Below, in pieces: positions 27,704 to 39,317 of a stretch of DNA of 64,000 nt. Each line of letters begins with the position of its first letter. Position 1 is the first letter of the stretch. Made by a program: the position numbers and the translations under genes. The DNA comes from an uncultured Planctomycetota bacterium (GTDB lineage Bacteria; Planctomycetota; Planctomycetia; Pirellulales; Lacipirellulaceae), in the NCBI GenBank assembly GCA_963719315.1, contig CAVRBU010000001.1:544001-608000 (forward strand), given 5' to 3'. The notes beneath the pieces are model-generated. The model made no database searches, had not been told where the DNA came from, and saw only the letters and a program-made list of their open reading frames with translations.

Positions 27704-28171
27704 TTACGGCAGACTTTTTAGCAACGCCACCATCTGCAGGGCGGCTTCGGCGCATTCGGCGCCTTTGTTGCCGACGTTGCCGCCGGCGCGGTGGATGGCC
27801 TGCTCCATTGTTTCACAGGTAAGTACGCCGAACAACACGGGAACGTTCGTGTCGAGGCCGATTTGCGTGATCGCCGTGCTGACAGCGCGGTTGATGTGCT
27901 GGTCGTGCGTGGTTTCGCCACGGATGACGGCGCCGAGACAGATGACGGCGGTATAGCGACCGGATTTGGCGAAGCGCTGGGCGACGAGCGGGATTTCCAT
28001 CGAGCCGGGAACCCAAGCGATGTCAATCGCGTCATCGGATACGCCCTGCTCTATCAGTTTGGCAACGGCGCCGTCGAGCAGTTTGCGCGTGATTCCTTCG
28101 TTCCAACGGGCGACGACGATGGCGAAGCGGGCGTCCGGGGAAGTCGCGTCAGAAGGAATGACGTTCGGCAT
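27704..28171 (-). CDS. ribH: 6,7-dimethyl-8-ribityllumazine synthase
   Basis: VVARWN, VPGS.EIP, LGAVIRGETTH, GNKG.E.A. Confidence 0.96.
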   Translation of the reverse strand: MPNVIPSDATSPDARFAIVVARWNEGITRKLLDGAVAKLIEQGVSDDAIDIAWVPGSMEIPLVAQRFAKSGRYTAVICLGAVIRGETTHDQHINRAVSTAITQIGLDTNVPVLFGVLTCETMEQAIHRAGGNVGNKGAECAEAALQMVALLKSLP

Positions 28172-28240
28172 TTGATTTCGGATTACGGATTGCGGATTAC
28201 AGACGCGAATCAATTCGAAATCGCAAATCCGCAATTGCCT

Positions 28241-29722
28241 TTACTCCTTCATGCTCATCAGGAATTCGGCGTTTGTCTTGGTTTTTTTCAAGCGGGTGAC
28301 AAGAAGTTCCATCGCGTCGGGCGAGTTCATTTCGTTAAGCACGCGGCGGAGGAGGCAGATGCGGCGGTGCTCTTCCGGGTCCATCAACATTTCTTCCTTG
28401 CGCGTGCCGCTGCGGGTGATGTCGATCGAGGGCCAGATGCGGCGGTCGACGAGGCGGCGATCGAGGACAATCTCCTGGTTGCCGGTGCCTTTGAATTCCT
28501 CGAAGATCACTTCGTCCATCTTGCTGCCAGTGTCGACCAGCGCGGTGGCGACGATCGTGAGCGAGCCGCCGTCTTCGACTTTGCGGGCGGAGCCGAAGAA
28601 GCGTTTGGGCCGCTGCATGGCGTTGGCGTCGATGCCGCCGGAGAGGATTTTGCCCGAGTGGGGGCACTCGGCGTTCCAGGCGCGGGCCAAACGGGTGATC
28701 GAGTCGAGGAAGATCACAACGTCTCGGCCGTACTCGACCATTCGCTTGGCTTTTTCGATGACCATTTCGCTCACCTGCACGTGGCGAGCGGAGGTTTCGT
28801 CGAACGTGGAGCTGATGACCTCGCAGTGCGGACCTTTGATTTGCCGCTCCATATCGGTGACTTCTTCCGGTCGTTCGTCGATCAGTAGCATGATGACGTA
28901 CGCTTCCGGATAGTTCGTGAGCACGGCCTTGGCCATCTTTTGGAGCAAGATCGTTTTGCCGGCCCGCGGCGGGCTGACGATCAGGCCGCGCTGGCCGAAG
29001 CCGATCGGTACGATCATATCGACGACGCGCATTTCAATTTGATCGGCTGTCGTCTCCATCACGATGCGTCTATCGGGATGGACGGGCGTAAGATCGTCGA
29101 AGAAGATTTTACGCGCGAGCAGGTTCGGGTCGTCGCCGTTGATCCCCTCGACGCGCAGCAGCGCGAAGTAGCGTTCGTTCTCTTTCGGCGGACGGATCGT
29201 ACCGGCAACCGTGTTACCGTTGCGGAGGCCGAAGCGGCGAATCTGGCTGGGCGAGACGTAGATGTCGTCCGGGCAGGAGAGGTAGTGGTAATCGGGACTG
29301 CGAAGGAAGCCGAAACCATCGGGCAGGATTTCGAGCGTGCCCTCGCCGTACATCAGGCCTTTGAGCTTCACACGCTCCTTGAGGATGCGGAAGATCAGAT
29401 CCTGTTTTTTGAGACCGCTGATATCGGCGACGTTTTCCGTCTCCGCGGTCTCAATCAGCTCGGGCATGCTCATCCGCTGCAGCTCGGCGATGTGGATGTT
29501 GCGGTCGTGGGCATCATCCTTGGCGATCGCGGCGCCAATGCGGCGGACGCGTTCGGCCGCCTTGTCGAGCTCTTCGGCAAGCGACAACGGTTCTTCCCGA
29601 TCGAGCTCGGCAAGGAGCTCGCGATCGATTTGAGTGTCGCCGTTTCCGTCGGATTGCCGGAAGCGGCGGTGCATGGGTTGCGGGCGACTGTGCCGCGTAT
29701 CGCGGTTCGCTGAATCAGCCAT
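28241..29722 (-). CDS. rho: Transcription termination factor Rho
   Basis: [48 protein letters not shown]. Confidence 0.98.
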   Translation of the reverse strand: MADSANRDTRHSRPQPMHRRFRQSDGNGDTQIDRELLAELDREEPLSLAEELDKAAERVRRIGAAIAKDDAHDRNIHIAELQRMSMPELIETAETENVADISGLKKQDLIFRILKERVKLKGLMYGEGTLEILPDGFGFLRSPDYHYLSCPDDIYVSPSQIRRFGLRNGNTVAGTIRPPKENERYFALLRVEGINGDDPNLLARKIFFDDLTPVHPDRRIVMETTADQIEMRVVDMIVPIGFGQRGLIVSPPRAGKTILLQKMAKAVLTNYPEAYVIMLLIDERPEEVTDMERQIKGPHCEVISSTFDETSARHVQVSEMVIEKAKRMVEYGRDVVIFLDSITRLARAWNAECPHSGKILSGGIDANAMQRPKRFFGSARKVEDGGSLTIVATALVDTGSKMDEVIFEEFKGTGNQEIVLDRRLVDRRIWPSIDITRSGTRKEEMLMDPEEHRRICLLRRVLNEMNSPDAMELLVTRLKKTKTNAEFLMSMKE

Positions 29723-30011
29723 GAAATGTTCGCTCCGTGGAGAAGAGAGCGGCGGCGCGCAGACGGCGCCGTGGGGGTGGGACTTGCCAAAACAAGACGG
29801 ATCTCAAAAGGCAGGCGCGAATGGCCAGCCATGAGGAGCCTCTCTGGTTCCTATTATGTCACAGCAATGCGATTGTTGGAAGCCGAAACGTGTCGGGACG
29901 GCGTTTTCATATTAAGAAACAAATATGCTATGAGAGGCCTGTTGGAGGCCGATGGCAGAGTCAGGAAGAAAGCGACAGCGGTGTCGGGGACGCCTGCCAG
30001 GGAGTGCTGGC

Positions 30012-30641
30012 TTATTGGACGGGCCGCGTCGGCGTAATGTGCCGGTCCCAGAAGTCGGCGACCGTTTGTCGGAGGTCTGCTTGCGTGCCGCTGTTGGCCA
30101 GTACGATCTCGGCTGCCTGGCGTTTTTGCTCGATCGGCCATTGGGCGGCTTCTCGGCCGGCGAAATCGGCATCGGTCCAGCCCCGGCTGTGAGCGCGCTG
30201 CAGGCGAGATTCTCGTGGGGAATCGACGAAAACTACCATGTCGCACAACCTTTGCCAGCCGGCTTCGAACAGTAGTGCGGCATCCAGGACGACAACATTT
30301 CGCCCCTCGGACGCAAAACGAGCGAGTTCGGCTTTCAGCCGCTGGCGAATGTGTGGGTGCATTAGGTCTTCGAGGAAGCGGCGGTCGGCCGTCCCGATGT
30401 CGCCTGGAGGGAAGACGCGACGGGCGATCGCTTTACGATTCACCGAGCCGTCGGCGTTGAACACCTCGTCGCCCCAACGCTCGCGAAGGGCGCGCTGGAC
30501 TGTGGCGTCTGTCGCTAGCACGGCATGACCGGCACGATCAGCGTCTAACAGGCCGGCGCCACGTTCGACGAGCAGCTTGGCCACGAGCGACTTCCCGCTC
30601 GCCACGCCGCCGACTAGTCCGATGGTTTTCGTGTTGCCCAT
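30012..30641 (-). CDS. coaE: Dephospho-CoA kinase
   Basis: IGLVGGVASGKS, DAD, HP.I, DAALLFE. Confidence 0.92.
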   Translation of the reverse strand: MGNTKTIGLVGGVASGKSLVAKLLVERGAGLLDADRAGHAVLATDATVQRALRERWGDEVFNADGSVNRKAIARRVFPPGDIGTADRRFLEDLMHPHIRQRLKAELARFASEGRNVVVLDAALLFEAGWQRLCDMVVFVDSPRESRLQRAHSRGWTDADFAGREAAQWPIEQKRQAAEIVLANSGTQADLRQTVADFWDRHITPTRPVQ

Positions 30642-30922
30642 GATAAATTCAGTATCGGCCGCGGTTTGCGGCGGTCAATCACACTTTATTTGTTTGACAT
30701 TGGCGATTTGCTAAGCGTAAAATCGGAGCGTTTGCAGGGGGTCGCGCCGGCCAACGCGGAGGGGTATTTCTTGTCTTAGCCGTGACGGCGTTCTTTTGTG
30801 GCCCCTACGCAGTGTGGTCTGCGGCTTTATCTTCTCTCAATATAGTTGCGAGGTCGAACATACGACCGGGATTGGGAAGAATAAGAGGAAGTAGCGGGTA
30901 AAAAGAATACGTTGCTAACCCC

Positions 30923-31387
30923 ATGTCACGCTTGGTCCGTTATCTCAAATATGGTTGGACCGCACTTTGCATTGCGACGTTTCTGCTGTTCATCGCGATG
31001 TGGCTTGGAATCTACCGGGGGCATGAGCAGTATGGCAGGCGCGTTCTTTGGAGCACTTATCGCGGGCTGCCTAGGCAAGCCAATGAGACTGGATGGGAAT
31101 TTCGCTCTAAGGGGAGCCAACTCTTGTTGGACATTGAGTTACCTTCCCCAAGTCGATCCGTGCGTGAAATGCGCGTCGTCGATATTTATGGGTTTAGTTG
31201 GCAAGGCACCTGGAGCGACATTTTGATTACGATCCCATTCTGGTTTCTTGCCGCACTCAGCGCGGTGTTCGCGTCGATTCCTTGGGTACATTGGTCTCGG
31301 CGTTTCAGTTTGCGCACTCTGTTAGTAGCAATGACGCTTGTCGCCGTCGTGCTTGCGCTGGTCGTTTACCCGGTGTTAAAGAAATGA
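30923..31387 (+). CDS. Hypothetical membrane protein with planctomycete-type RFSLRTLL tail
   Basis: Hydrophobic segments; IPFWF; RFSLRTLLVAMTLVAV. Confidence 0.7.
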   Translation: MSRLVRYLKYGWTALCIATFLLFIAMWLGIYRGHEQYGRRVLWSTYRGLPRQANETGWEFRSKGSQLLLDIELPSPSRSVREMRVVDIYGFSWQGTWSDILITIPFWFLAALSAVFASIPWVHWSRRFSLRTLLVAMTLVAVVLALVVYPVLKK

Positions 31388-32592
31388 TTTCAAGACCCCT
31401 CAAGGGTTTTATTGTTCGTGCAGCGCTGCTTGCCATGGCGATGAGTGCGCCTTGTGGTGGCGGCGCGGTCGCGGGTGAGCCGCCCGGCAAGCCGATCAAG
31501 AGCTTGCGGCGGCTCGACGATACGATTCATCGCTTCGGCGGTCACGGCGATAATTGGCACATGAGTTGGGCCGACAATGACAAGGTGTACGTCAGCCTGT
31601 GCGATGGCAGCGGATTGCCGGGCACGCCTCCGGGCAATTTCAACAGCCGCATGTACGCCATCGCGGGGGACTCGCCCAAGCTCACGTTCGAGTACTTATC
31701 CGGTTACCCAAATCTCACCAACGAACCGAACGGGCTGACCAATCGCTACTACAACTTCGGCACGCTGGCCCTCGACGGAAAACTCTACCAATTTCTCAGC
31801 ACGCCCAATCATCCGTTCAACGAGCCGCAGCCGAAATTCGTGGGAGCGAAGTTAATCTACTCGCCCGACGATGGCCAGACGTGGCGGAATCAAGATGGCT
31901 CGTCGCCCGTTCTGTGGGAAAAATGGGACGACCGCTCGAAGCAGAACATGGCGTTCTTCGAGGAGCCCGGCGATTCGTTTTCGCTGATCTCGGTGCTGCA
32001 GATGGGGCAGAACTATTCGCAGAACAAAGACGGCTTTGTTTACCTTTACTCACCCAACGGCAGTGTGGAGGGGACGATGAATCAGGTGGCGCTCTGCCGC
32101 GTACCTAAAGATCGCATTTTAGATCGCGCGGCGTATGAGTTCTTCGCTGGATTGATCGCGGATGACGGGGCGAAGTGGAGCAGTCGGATCGAGGATCGAG
32201 CGGTCGTCCACACGTTTCCGGCGGGTTACGTCAACAAGTTCGTCCACCCCTACGCCTGGCAGCCGAGCGTGGTTTATTATGCGCCGGCCGGGCAGTATTT
32301 GATGACGAGTTGGGGCATGGGACTCACCAAATCTGGCACGTGGTTCGGGAAGCCGAGTTACCTGGGGTTTTGGACGGCGCCGCAGCCGTGGGGGCCGTGG
32401 AAGCAAGTTTACGAAGAGCGCGAATGGACGCCCGGCGGCGACCAGGCGGCCCGCTGTTACCAGCCGCAGATCGCACCCAAGTGGATGGCGAAGGACGGCA
32501 AAACGTTTTGGCTCGTCTGGACCGACTATCAAGACGGCGGGCAATACTATGCGTTTAACGCGCAGCAGGTTGAGGTGGAGTATGAGAACTAG
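31384..32592 (+). CDS. Secreted beta-propeller protein (DUF4185-like)
   Basis: GDNWHMSWA.D, S.D.G.TW Asp-box, YEFFAG, APQPWGPW, YQPQI..KW. Confidence 0.7.
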   Translation: MISRPLKGFIVRAALLAMAMSAPCGGGAVAGEPPGKPIKSLRRLDDTIHRFGGHGDNWHMSWADNDKVYVSLCDGSGLPGTPPGNFNSRMYAIAGDSPKLTFEYLSGYPNLTNEPNGLTNRYYNFGTLALDGKLYQFLSTPNHPFNEPQPKFVGAKLIYSPDDGQTWRNQDGSSPVLWEKWDDRSKQNMAFFEEPGDSFSLISVLQMGQNYSQNKDGFVYLYSPNGSVEGTMNQVALCRVPKDRILDRAAYEFFAGLIADDGAKWSSRIEDRAVVHTFPAGYVNKFVHPYAWQPSVVYYAPAGQYLMTSWGMGLTKSGTWFGKPSYLGFWTAPQPWGPWKQVYEEREWTPGGDQAARCYQPQIAPKWMAKDGKTFWLVWTDYQDGGQYYAFNAQQVEVEYEN

Positions 32593-32665
32593 ATTTCCAC
32601 CACTGCAAGAGTCGATTTACGAACTGCCCTTGCTCCCGCGTCGGGCTGCAAACCATTCCCTTGCA

Positions 32666-35488
32666 TCATTCGCATGCCGCCCAATTGGGCCCAGTTTTGA
32701 CATCAACTTTTAGCGGCACGCGGAGTTGGAGCACGTTTTGCATTTCGTCGCGGACCAGGTTGGCAAGGCGATCGATCGAATCTTCGGGTACTTCGAACAC
32801 GAGCTCATCGTGGATTTGGAGCAACATGCGGGCTTCCAGCTTTTCTTCGCGCAGCCGCCGGTGGATCGCAAGCATCGCCAGCTTGATCATGTCTGCTGCG
32901 GAGCCTTGGATGACGCTGTTGACGACGGTGCGTTCGGGGAGAGTAAGCGGGCGGCGGCTGGGTTGGTCGGTGAGGAGCGAGAGTTGGTCGATGGGCCGTA
33001 CACCTTGGATCGCGCGGCGGCGGCCGAGGATGGTGGAGACGTAGCCTTTGCGGCGACAGGCGTCGAGCGTTTCGACCATGAACTCGGTGACGCCGCGATA
33101 CGTTTTGAAGTAGCCGTCGATGAACGTAGCCGCCTCTTCTTGCGAGATGCCGAGACCTTTGGCCAGACCGAAGGGGCTTTGACCGTAAATGACGCCGAAA
33201 TTGACGGCTTTGGCGCTGCGGCGTTGGGCGGAGGTGACTTCGGCGAGCGGCACGCTAAAAACCTGACTGGCGACCTGGGTGTGGATGTCTTCGTCGCGCT
33301 CGAACGCGGCGCACATCGATTCGTCGTGCGAATAGTGGGCCAGGATTCGCAGCTCGATTTGCGAATAGTCGGCGGCCAGCAGCTTCCAACGGGGTTGGCC
33401 GGCGACGAACGCGGAGCGGATTTCGCGGCCTTCCTCGGTGCGGATCGGAATGTTTTGCAGGTTCGGGTCGCTGGAGCTGAGGCGACCGGTGGCGGCGACG
33501 ACCTGGTTGAACGACGTGTGGACGCGACCCGTTTCAGCGTGGATCATCGTGGGGAGCGCGTCGACATAGGTGCTCTTGAGTTTCGAGTATTGGCGGTACT
33601 CGACGATTTTCTTGGGCAGCGGGTGCATGTCAGCGAGCTGCTCGAGCACGTCGGCATCAGTGCTGGCGCCGGTTTTTGTTTTCTTAACGACCGGCAGGCC
33701 GAGCTCTTGGAATAGCACTTGCGCGAGTTGTTTCGGCGAGGCGATGTTGAGCGGGTGGCCGGCTAGTTCTTCGATCTCTTGTTCCAACTCGGCGAGGCGT
33801 TTGCCGTATCGTTCACTCAATTCGGCGAGGCGGGCGGGGTCGATGCGGATGCCGTTGAATTCGAGCTCGGCCAGGACTTCGATGAGCGGGACTTCGACGG
33901 TTTCATTGAGCTCGGTCAGCTCCATCTCGGCCAGCCGCGCTTTCAAAATGGGGTGCATGCGGAGCGGGATGTCGGCATCTTCGGCGGCATACGTGCCGAC
34001 CTGCGCGACGGGCACTTCGTCCATCCGCTTTTGGTCGCGGCCTTTGCCGATGAGCGCGTCAATCTTAATCGTCGTGTGGTTGAGATACCTTTGGGCGAGG
34101 TCGTCGAGGTTGTGGCTGCGGCCGCCGGCGTCGAGCAAGTAACTGGCGAGCATGGTGTCGAAAGCCAAGCCGGCGAGCGTGACGCCGACGTTGCGGAGGA
34201 CGATCATGTCATACTTTAAGTTCTGGCCAAGCTTGCGGATGGCGGGGTTTTCGAGGACCGGCCGCAAGGCGGCAAGCGTTTCGTGCGGATCGAGGACGCG
34301 GTCGCCGGCCGGGCCGCGGACGGGGACGTAATACGCCTCGTTGGGTTTGTAGGCAAACGAATAGCCGACGATTTCGGCGCACCGCGGCGAAACGTGCGTC
34401 GTTTCGGTATCGACGCTGATGAGCGTTTGCCGAGAAAGGTCGGCGACGAGATTCGCCAACTTTTTCGGTATATCGATGACTTGGTAATCGGCGTCGGTCG
34501 CCGTTGAGGCAGAGGTTGCGGCGGTTGGTGACAGTTTCGCCACCCGGTCGACGAACGAGCGGAAGCCGAACTCGGCGAAAAGTTCGACGAGTGCTTCCTG
34601 GTCCATGCCGCCGATGCGGCTGGCGTCCCAGTCGGGCGCGATCGGCACTTGCGTATCGAGCCGCACCAGTTGGCGAGATAGCAGCGCGATCTCGCGGCTC
34701 TCGGCGAGCTTCTTGCCTTTTGTGCCGGGAACTTCGGCGGCATGATCAAGGACGTTGTCGAGCGTGCCGTAGGTTTCGAGCAGTTGCTGGGCCGTTTTGG
34801 GGCCGATACCGGCGACGCCGGGAACGTTATCGACTTTGTCGCCCACGAGCGATTGGAAATCGACGACCTGGTCGGGCGCGATACCCCATTCCTCGCGCAA
34901 TGCGGCGGCGTCAAAGACCTGGTTCTTGCGGATATTGAACACGGCAACGCGATCGGTAATGAGTTGCCGGCAATCTTTGTCGCCCGAGACGATGAAGCAG
35001 TTGGCGCCGCGTTCGTCGCAGATGCGGGCCAGTGTGGCGAGGACATCATCCGCCTCGTAGCCTTCGCAGGTGAGGACGGGGATCGACATCGCCCGCAGCA
35101 CGCGCTCGATCTTGGGAATTTGCGTGACGAGATCGCCTGGCATCTCGCTACGCTCGCCTTTGTAGGCCTCGAACAGCGCGTCGCGGAACGTGGGGCCTGG
35201 AAGGTCGAAGGCACAGATGAGGGCGTTGGGCTGCTTGTCTTCGATCAAGTAGAGCATGTCGCGGACGAAGCCGAACACGGCGCCGACCTGCTCGCCGCGG
35301 GGGCTGCTCATTTCGGGCAGGGCGTGGAAGACCTGGAAGATCAGCGAGTGGGCATCGACGAGGTAGACGTTCCAGCCCTTGATATCGACGGACTGCGGAA
35401 GGGGGTCGCAGGGTTCGTCGGCGTGGTCGGGCGCCGAGGTGTCAGCATCCAAGCCGGGCAAGGAGCGTTGTTGGGTGCGTGCGGGCAT
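32666..35488 (-). CDS. polA: DNA polymerase I
   Basis: 5'-3' exonuclease (EADD, GDKD), DTET 3'-5' exonuclease, DYSQIELR, KAVNFG..YG, QIHDEL; start uncertain. Confidence 0.97.
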   Translation of the reverse strand: MPARTQQRSLPGLDADTSAPDHADEPCDPLPQSVDIKGWNVYLVDAHSLIFQVFHALPEMSSPRGEQVGAVFGFVRDMLYLIEDKQPNALICAFDLPGPTFRDALFEAYKGERSEMPGDLVTQIPKIERVLRAMSIPVLTCEGYEADDVLATLARICDERGANCFIVSGDKDCRQLITDRVAVFNIRKNQVFDAAALREEWGIAPDQVVDFQSLVGDKVDNVPGVAGIGPKTAQQLLETYGTLDNVLDHAAEVPGTKGKKLAESREIALLSRQLVRLDTQVPIAPDWDASRIGGMDQEALVELFAEFGFRSFVDRVAKLSPTAATSASTATDADYQVIDIPKKLANLVADLSRQTLISVDTETTHVSPRCAEIVGYSFAYKPNEAYYVPVRGPAGDRVLDPHETLAALRPVLENPAIRKLGQNLKYDMIVLRNVGVTLAGLAFDTMLASYLLDAGGRSHNLDDLAQRYLNHTTIKIDALIGKGRDQKRMDEVPVAQVGTYAAEDADIPLRMHPILKARLAEMELTELNETVEVPLIEVLAELEFNGIRIDPARLAELSERYGKRLAELEQEIEELAGHPLNIASPKQLAQVLFQELGLPVVKKTKTGASTDADVLEQLADMHPLPKKIVEYRQYSKLKSTYVDALPTMIHAETGRVHTSFNQVVAATGRLSSSDPNLQNIPIRTEEGREIRSAFVAGQPRWKLLAADYSQIELRILAHYSHDESMCAAFERDEDIHTQVASQVFSVPLAEVTSAQRRSAKAVNFGVIYGQSPFGLAKGLGISQEEAATFIDGYFKTYRGVTEFMVETLDACRRKGYVSTILGRRRAIQGVRPIDQLSLLTDQPSRRPLTLPERTVVNSVIQGSAADMIKLAMLAIHRRLREEKLEARMLLQIHDELVFEVPEDSIDRLANLVRDEMQNVLQLRVPLKVDVKTGPNWAACE

Positions 35489-35753
35489 GGCGGATCCGTG
35501 GCGACGGGCGGCTCGCCTGTCGGCGGCAGCCTGGCCGGGCATTCAAGCGATTCGGCAGGCGGGCCGCCTGCCGAAGTTACGTACAGCCATCGTATCCGCT
35601 TCGTTGACTGGCGATAATCCCCTAACTAAACTGGACTTAGGGCAATAGTTTCACTCATCTGGCCCGAAGCAAATTCGGGGGCTTCCGCCTCCGGCTAGAC
35701 GGATCGATCCGTTCCGGCCGTGTTACGTAGGGCAGCAGACGACGAGGTATGCA

Positions 35754-37196
35754 ATGGCAGCGCGGCAAGATCAGACCCTCCAAATCTTTCTGATCATTTT
35801 CATCTTTCTGTTTTTGATCGTATCGGTCGTGGCGTACCTCGGCTGGCGCGGGTACAGCGATGCGGACCAGCGCGCCGCGACATTGCAGAATTCGTTGAAC
35901 GAAAAGAACTCGCAAGTCCAGACGCAGCAAACCGACCTGGAAGACCTGCGCGAGAAGATGGGCTTCGGCCGGAACGATAACTCGGCCGACGTGAAGAAGG
36001 CAGCCGACAAAGATATGGAAACATTCGGCACTGCGGTCGCGGATCCGGCGAGCCGGACGTACCGCAAGGTGCTAGAGACGGTGTATGTCGAGGGTCAGCA
36101 GACGGCGGCCCGCGAAGCGAAACTGAAGATTGACCTGGCGGGGCGCGATAAGCAGCTTCTGGCCAAGGAGACCGAGACCCAGAAGATCATCGACCAGCAC
36201 GATGATGCGCGAAAAAAGGCCGAGGCGGACCGTGCCGCTGAAGCGAGCAAATTCGCCGAAGACCGCAAGGCCCTCGAGAAGACCAAAGCCGACCTGCAAA
36301 AGAGCCTGGACGACCAGCGGATGAAATACGAAGCCCAGATTGCGTCGCTCGATAAGGAAAAAAAGGACCTGACCGATCAAAATGTCAAGCTGGAACACGC
36401 TGTGGCGAACTTGATCGAGAATCGCAAGGACGAGCCGGAAAGCTTCGAAGTGGCCGACGGCCGGATTTCGTGGGTCAACCAGAACGGCACGGTCTGGATC
36501 AATCTGGGGACGGCCGACTCGCTCCGCCGGCAGGTGACGTTCAGCGTGTTTGACGCCGATTTGCACGACGCGGCCAAGAGCAAGAAGAAGGGCAGTATCG
36601 AAGTGACGCGGCTGCTCTCGGACCACATGGCCGAAGCCCGGATCACGAACGACGACCCGACGAACCCGATCCTTACGGGCGACAACATCTACAGCCAGAT
36701 TTGGCATCGCGGTAAGAAGCTGCACTTTGCAATCACGGGCGTGATCGACATCGACGGCGACGGCAAGAGCGACTTGCAACTGGCCCGCGAGTTGATTGAA
36801 CTCAACGGCGGCGTCGTCGACGCGTACCTCGACGATGACGGCAAGGTGAAAGGCGAGATCACGGCCAACACGCGGTATCTCATCTCGGGCGACGCGCCGG
36901 AGAAGGCCTCGCAGATCGCGCTGCAACAGGGCACGAACGACATGTATAAAACGGCAAGATCGTTGGGCGTGGAGACGGTCACGCTGCCGGAGTTTCTCTC
37001 CCAGATGGGCTACAAGCCCCAGGACCGCACGGTAAATCTTGGCCCCGGCGCCACCGCCCGCGACTTCCGGGCGACTCCGGAGAACGACGTTTCAGGCCGA
37101 CGGGCATCGCAGTTTCGTGGGCGTCCGGCCTCTGAGACGGCGCCGCGACGGGCGTCGGCGGCTGCGGCGGCGCAGGAATCGGGGACTTCCAATTGA
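35754..37196 (+). CDS. Membrane-anchored coiled-coil protein (planctomycete hypothetical)
   Basis: N-terminal TM, long coiled coil, DGRI..V...VWINLG..D.L. Confidence 0.8.
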   Translation: MAARQDQTLQIFLIIFIFLFLIVSVVAYLGWRGYSDADQRAATLQNSLNEKNSQVQTQQTDLEDLREKMGFGRNDNSADVKKAADKDMETFGTAVADPASRTYRKVLETVYVEGQQTAAREAKLKIDLAGRDKQLLAKETETQKIIDQHDDARKKAEADRAAEASKFAEDRKALEKTKADLQKSLDDQRMKYEAQIASLDKEKKDLTDQNVKLEHAVANLIENRKDEPESFEVADGRISWVNQNGTVWINLGTADSLRRQVTFSVFDADLHDAAKSKKKGSIEVTRLLSDHMAEARITNDDPTNPILTGDNIYSQIWHRGKKLHFAITGVIDIDGDGKSDLQLARELIELNGGVVDAYLDDDGKVKGEITANTRYLISGDAPEKASQIALQQGTNDMYKTARSLGVETVTLPEFLSQMGYKPQDRTVNLGPGATARDFRATPENDVSGRRASQFRGRPASETAPRRASAAAAAQESGTSN

Positions 37197-37249
37197 TCGG
37201 CCGGCAATACTGATGCCGAATGGCTTCAATCAATGCCTTGTCGCATTGC

Positions 37250-37662
37250 TTATTCGAAGAGCACGTGACGGATTTGGCGTAGTTCGTTGACCGAAGGCTG
37301 GAGCATTGGCGGCAACTTTGTGGCCTCGAAGTATTCGGGTTCAACGAACAGTGTGGCGGCGTTTTTCGCCCCTTGAGCGGCAGCCAGCTTCTTCATAAGC
37401 CGGCGGTTTGTACGGTCGAGTCGATGAGCTCGAGCTAATTCGTTGAACATCTGTGACGAGCTGTCGTGGAGAAACTCTTTCTTTTGCGCTTGGCCCGCCA
37501 ATGAGTGACGATCATGACGACCAATACCAAACACGAAGCGCCCACGATCACGGCCCACTCCGCGGAGCCAAAGCCGGGCCGCTGGTGGTCGAAGCGACCC
37601 CAGACGATGCCGGAATCTTCCCGCTCGGCGAGTAGAATTGGCCAGGTTAGAAAGTGGCACAT
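37250..37662 (-). CDS. Small membrane protein; frameshift ~37480
   Basis: ATGA overlap with upstream gene; TM in one frame, F.EL..AH.L...LFVEP..F in the next frame. Confidence 0.6.
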
Positions 37663-39317
37663 CACGTTGAACTCCCCGCAGTCGTAACTTGATCTGATTT
37701 CGCTTCCACGCCGGTGCGCTGGAGTTGTGCGATGCTTGCCCGCGCGGCGTCGGCCACGCTGCCATTCGCGTCTCTGGATGCGGCGTCGAGGACTTGGGCA
37801 CTGCCGGCTTGTTGGCAATGCCCGAGTGCCAGCACGGCCTCTTTGCGAACGGCAACATTCTCGTGGCGGGCCAACTCGATCAATTGTGGCTGCACATCGT
37901 CCGTCGCCGCCAGAGCGACGGCCATTTCAATGGCGCGCAGCCGAATGGTAAGCGACGGCGAGGCGAGATCCTCCGCCAGTTTTTGGCAGGCCAAAGGATC
38001 GACTTTGTGGACCAGCCGACCGGTCGTGCGGGCGGCTTCCTCGTCGAGCAAGTCGAACATCGATCGATAGCGGACGAAGTTGAACTCGGCCAGTGACGAC
38101 CGGGCGGCCTCGCGGACTTCGACGGACGGGGCGTCGAGCCGGGAGACGAGCAGTTTGAGGGCGTCGGGCAGGCGGCGCGAGCGAAGTTGTCGTAGGGCGA
38201 CTGCTTGGACGCCGGCGTCCGGATCGTCGATTGCGGCGAGCACGAGCTCATCGGCCCTGGGATCAGCGAATCGAGCAAGTGCCTGGCAACTAGCCCGGCG
38301 GCCTTCGGCCAAGCCGCCGCGAAGCACGAGGGCCAGCAAGTCGAACAATGCTTCGCCGTTGATGTCACTCGCCACCGCGAGATCAACCGCCACGGCTTGC
38401 GCGCGCCCATCGAAGTCCAACAATCGTTCGCGGTGTGCTTCCAGCCAGGTGACGCGGCGAAGTCGCTTCATGTTGTGCAGCACGCGGAGCGGCGCGGGGT
38501 GTTTCAATTCATGCAGCAGAAGGTTTAAAAACTGCTGATCGTCGCGTTGGGCGACGACTTCGAGGGCGGCGGTTGGTGCTTCAGTGTCTCGCAAGAGTTC
38601 AACGAGCCGATCCATAATGCCGGAGTCCTCGCTGGTCGATAGGGCCGCGACCATGGCTGCGTGGCAAGGATGATGCGTGTCATGGAGGATTTTCAAGAAC
38701 ATCGCGTTGTCGGCTGGCGCGAGAAGGAGGAAGGCGTCGAGGATTTCAGTCCGATTGTGCTGCGCGAAGCGACTGAGCGATTGTTCGAGCGCGACGAGCA
38801 CGTGGCGGCGGGTAAAGGACGGGTCGTGCACGCCTTCCCGCGCGCCGCCGGCCCATTGGGCCAGGTCTTGGAATAACCGATCAGTCAGGCCTGCGATTGT
38901 TGCGAGCACATCGGCAGGGTGCTTATGTTTTTTGTTCTCCGCCGCTTTGAGCAGCGTTGGAAACATTTCGAAATCGCCGGCTGCTTGAATGATTTCGCAG
39001 GCGCCGAAGCACAGCGTGGCGTCTCCTTCGAGCACGGCCTTTCGCAGGACGGGCGCGGCATGGTGCGTCATCCCCCGATGCGTTTCGCAGAGAACCGTTT
39101 GATCCGCTGCATCTAATTCGGCAAAGTGACTTACCAATTCGGTATGCGTAGCCGGATCGTGTCGGCGCACGGCGGCGCGGATGACGGCGGCTCGCACTTC
39201 GGGGCTGCTGGAACGAATGCCGGCAACAACGACCGGCACGACCGCCCGATTGCGCGTGTTTGAGAGCACCTGGCAAGTGGCATTCAGGCCGGTCGGCAAG
39301 ATTTGACCTTCTGGCAT
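37662..39317 (-). CDS. HEAT repeat protein
   Basis: Repeated D.D..V...A..L and VR..A..AL helical motifs. Confidence 0.8.
   Translation of the reverse strand: MPEGQILPTGLNATCQVLSNTRNRAVVPVVVAGIRSSSPEVRAAVIRAAVRRHDPATHTELVSHFAELDAADQTVLCETHRGMTHHAAPVLRKAVLEGDATLCFGACEIIQAAGDFEMFPTLLKAAENKKHKHPADVLATIAGLTDRLFQDLAQWAGGAREGVHDPSFTRRHVLVALEQSLSRFAQHNRTEILDAFLLLAPADNAMFLKILHDTHHPCHAAMVAALSTSEDSGIMDRLVELLRDTEAPTAALEVVAQRDDQQFLNLLLHELKHPAPLRVLHNMKRLRRVTWLEAHRERLLDFDGRAQAVAVDLAVASDINGEALFDLLALVLRGGLAEGRRASCQALARFADPRADELVLAAIDDPDAGVQAVALRQLRSRRLPDALKLLVSRLDAPSVEVREAARSSLAEFNFVRYRSMFDLLDEEAARTTGRLVHKVDPLACQKLAEDLASPSLTIRLRAIEMAVALAATDDVQPQLIELARHENVAVRKEAVLALGHCQQAGSAQVLDAASRDANGSVADAARASIAQLQRTGVEAKSDQVTTAGSST

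Noticed and set aside
27791..35617. Long antisense ORFs opposite rho, ribH and polA (and similar ones elsewhere)
   Set aside because: Codon-aligned shadow frames of GC-rich genes with no recognisable motifs.
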